A DNA stretch of 64,000 nt from Pocillopora damicornis. Lineage: Eukaryota. Below the pieces are notes generated by a model, which made no database searches, was not told the DNA's origin, and saw nothing but the letters and a program-made list of their open reading frames with translations. Below, one piece after another: positions 62,031 through 64,000 of the stretch. The stretch is from positions 806,001-870,000 of the forward strand of contig NW_020845867.1 of NCBI RefSeq assembly GCF_003704095.1, in the 5' to 3' direction. Position 1 is the first letter of the stretch. The number at the start of each line of letters is the position of its first letter. Made by a program: the position numbers and the translations under genes.

Positions 62031-64000
62031 TACTTCGTTGTTTATGTTTCTGCTTGTGGACGACGCGGATATCAAACGGGATTGTACGGAGCCTGTGCTT
62101 TGTTAACAGGAAGCAACTTTGTCAGAGTTGGTACAACGTGACCTTGTGAGTCCAAGGATTGATTCGACCGGAAATAAGCGGAAAAACACAACCAATTTTT
62201 GTCTTTTCCTCAAAGAATAACGCTGCAGAGTACTTGTGAGTGTCTATCAGGTGTCTCCGATGAATTTTATTTTATTTTTAGCGTAATTTTCTTCTTCCTG
62301 CGTTTTGAATTGCAGAAAGAGTTACCGATCGCTCGCCATTCGAGGTCTTGAGTAAAACAATCACTAATGTCATTAACACGTTTCACTTTCCCTCTTAAGC
62401 TTTAAACTCTTAAGCAGGTGCGGTCGAGGAGAGTTGGATTTGCATATCGTTCAGAGACATAGAAGCAGGTAGTCATTTGATGGCTTAAATAATCCAATGA
62501 ATTCGGATAAAAAGAGATAAGTCGTACATCTTTACGCGTATATTGTTGTAATTTTAATCTACGAGGGCTCAGTTTTGTATTTAATTAATTTATATGAGTT
62601 AAATATTTGAACGTAAAACTGAATCATAGCTGATCAAGCGAGCGCCTCCGAAAGAGGTAAGCGTCTTTGTTCATCTTTCACTGCATAACGTTTCATTTTC
62701 TTTTCCTTTTATGGCTTGATGTTCGATTTTCGTGATTGTTTATCAGAAATGTTACCAGCGGAAATGCCTGTAAAAATGTTTTGAAACATAATTTATTCGT
62801 AAACCCCTAAACGGAATTTTACCGCCCCAAAAATACTTGTTCAACTGTACTATGCAATTGGTTCGTAAATGAACTTTAGATGTAGATATTAGGCAATTGC
62901 TTAGTGAATGTTATATAATTAACCATTTCGATTTTCCTCTTGACTGGTCGGAATATTGTCACGCTTCATCACTGTCACGCTCTCCCGCGGGCACGCTTCC
63001 GATCATGAGTTTTTTCTAAACAAGGTGACTCAGTACAATAGATTTTCGAAAACCTTCAGACTTCTTCAATATTTCTTCATTTTTTTCCTAATTTTTAAGA
63101 ACAGTAGGCTAGCATATCAAAATAAAAGAATCGTTTTCCTTTTAGTTTTGAATAAAACTTTGAATGTGGACGAAACTGATTTTTCCATTTAGAAAATTTC
63201 ATTCCTTCTCTGTTTTACTTAACTTAGTAACTGCGGTAGAAAGTAACCAAACAGCGAAGCTTTGATAATTTTCAAAGTAATATTTTTTCGTGGTGTGTAA
63301 AAGATTTGTTCAATATTAGTCATTTTCAGCTGGCATACCAAACTTCATACTTGCGAAAGTCTCTGTCGTTCGCGTGGCACTGTTTCCGGTTCGCTTTGAC
63401 GCTTTCAGAGAGGTAAAAATTCTCGCGCCTCGGAAATTTCTTTGCGAGTAACTTGCGTTGCGTTCAGAGCCAGCCTAAACATTAGTTTGATAGCATTAAA
63501 ATGAAATTTTCGGTGTAATCTTCTGGATAGATCTAGCAATTGCTGTGTCTTTGGAAACCGTCAGTCCAACAAAATACTTTTACGTTGAAGTGTTTGTTTT
63601 TGATAAACAACTTACATTTCGCCACTGTCCAGTGACGTTGTTTTCCTTTTGATATCAATCATTTTTAGAACAATTGATAAGAGAATACAGACACTTACTG
63701 CTATTTGTCATTTTGTACAAGTTGTTCAAGGGTTTTGAGCTTCAAATTATGTCTCATAACTACCAATTTTTATCATTTTAAGACAAAATTCTGAACTTAG
63801 CGCATGACTAGTTAGACAATCTAGTTCTCTGTGGTTGCGTTACGCAATCGATAACTTTAAATACGGTGTAAAGGCAATCAAATAATATTGACTCCACAAA
63901 TTGTGTGAATTGATGTCGTTCACACCCAATTTCTGCCTGACAAAAACCCGTGCTAGCTTGCATCATGTCAAATCGTGTCAACCGTCCACTTTTCATCGAG

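Overview
AT-rich, intron-rich animal genomic DNA with seven N-gaps. The repeat landscape (TTAACCCT..AGGGTTAA MITEs, hammerhead-like CTGATGA..GAAAC repeats, tRNA-derived SINEs) suggests a cnidarian, most likely a stony coral (inference). Genes, left to right: CENATAC/CCDC84 (-, runs off the left edge), head-to-head with a Rap1GAP-domain gene (+, cut by a gap); SRPRA (+, 13 coding exons); three intronless PRRT3/PRRT4-like 7TM genes (-,-,+), with a decayed ISL2EU-type transposon between copies 2 and 3; RRP1/RRP1B (+, 14 coding exons including a 20-nt micro-exon); PFDN2 (-); PROSER3 (-); and a compact Cip/Kip CDK inhibitor (+). The best unexplained signals are: (1) a ~220-nt GC-richer, highly structured, oligo-T-terminated element at 53662-53891 whose ends resemble a Y RNA Ro60-binding stem; (2) the PRRT3/4-like receptor cluster with X-Pro/X-Ala dipeptide N-termini leading into a conserved EPxPEW motif; (3) a stack of uORFs in the CDK-inhibitor leader. 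All gene models were assembled by hand from GT-AG and frame logic, and homologies are from recalled family sequences, not database searches.
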